From: Candidatus Izemoplasmatales bacterium | GTDB taxonomy: Bacteria; Bacillota_I; Bacilli_A; Izemoplasmatales; Hujiaoplasmataceae | Direction: 5' to 3' | Length of the DNA stretch: 34,460 nt | Assembly: GCA_041677365.1 (NCBI GenBank) | Contig: JBAYQC010000001.1 | Span: forward strand, 1-34,460 | Part shown: positions 34,432 through 34,460 of the stretch, piece by piece | Layout of the letters: the number at the start of each line of letters is the position of its first letter | Numbering within the stretch: position 1 is the stretch's first letter | The notes under the pieces: generated by a model | The model's input: the letters and a program-made list of their open reading frames with translations, nothing else | Told to the model about the DNA's origin: nothing | Database searches by the model: none | Made by a program: the position numbers and the translations under genes

Positions 34432-34460
34432 TTTGTATCAAAATAGGTAGTATTACACAT

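Noticed and set aside
32466-34460. Calling the region downstream of tRNA-Gly a definite prophage or genomic island.
   Set aside because: No integrase, no visible duplication of the tRNA 3' end, and no phage structural or replication genes lie within the window. I report it only as a tentative islet (see findings).
1-34460. CRISPR arrays, IS elements or transposases, rRNA genes, and large (>30 nt) dispersed or inverted repeats.
   Set aside because: None were seen on reading the sequence. The only repeats noticed are the short ones listed (the 17-mer promoter, the GTCGAC motifs and the iteron-like triplet).

Overview
This is a low-GC (roughly 30-38% by eye) Bacillota-type chromosomal segment. 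It uses the standard code (TGA is a stop, Trp is TGG), and almost all genes are on the + strand. No integrase, transposase, CRISPR array or rRNA was seen.

Left edge: a PepF-like peptidase fragment, YjbQ and a membrane protein lie on the - strand. They are followed by an orphan encapsulated-ferritin-like (EncFtn) gene with no shell gene, and a frameshifted class 3 fructose-1,6-bisphosphatase.

Core (4014-24217): a virtually gap-free operon of about 20 kb and 20-21 genes that I read as an anaerobic purine/urate catabolic cluster. It is related to the E. coli ygeW...xdhD neighbourhood. Its contents are:
- a MocA-like cytidylyltransferase;
- two complete three-subunit xanthine-dehydrogenase-family modules in mirrored gene order;
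- an unknown membrane protein, XdhC, and a small P-loop protein with a degenerate Walker A;
- HyuA-like and SsnA-like amidohydrolases;
- a DHOD/DPD-fold FeS flavoprotein lacking the catalytic Cys loop;
- adenine deaminase;
- a ThrC-like PLP enzyme and a 450-aa PLP enzyme;
- a YgeY-type M20 hydrolase, a YgeW-type carbamoyltransferase and a ThpR 2H phosphoesterase.

A convergent CDA-fold guanine deaminase shares the operon terminator. Genes expected from the E. coli-type cluster are absent: DpaL/YgeX, YgfK, carbamate kinase and a purine permease. They appear to be replaced by non-orthologous genes, and this is the most interesting part of the window.

Right part: housekeeping genes (ExoIII, TraX, Nnr, radical SAM, gamma-CA-like, HD, LtaS, UPF0316) and a stand-alone tRNA-Gly(GCC). 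Beyond the tRNA is a visibly AT-richer three-gene module: an AbiEi/DUF6088-like wHTH protein, a protein with an unknown N-domain fused to an XRE HTH, and a small TM protein. It carries GTCGAC palindromes in its promoter and iteron-like repeats at the window edge.

All homology statements come from by-eye motif recognition and remembered reference sequences. No searches or computations were run.
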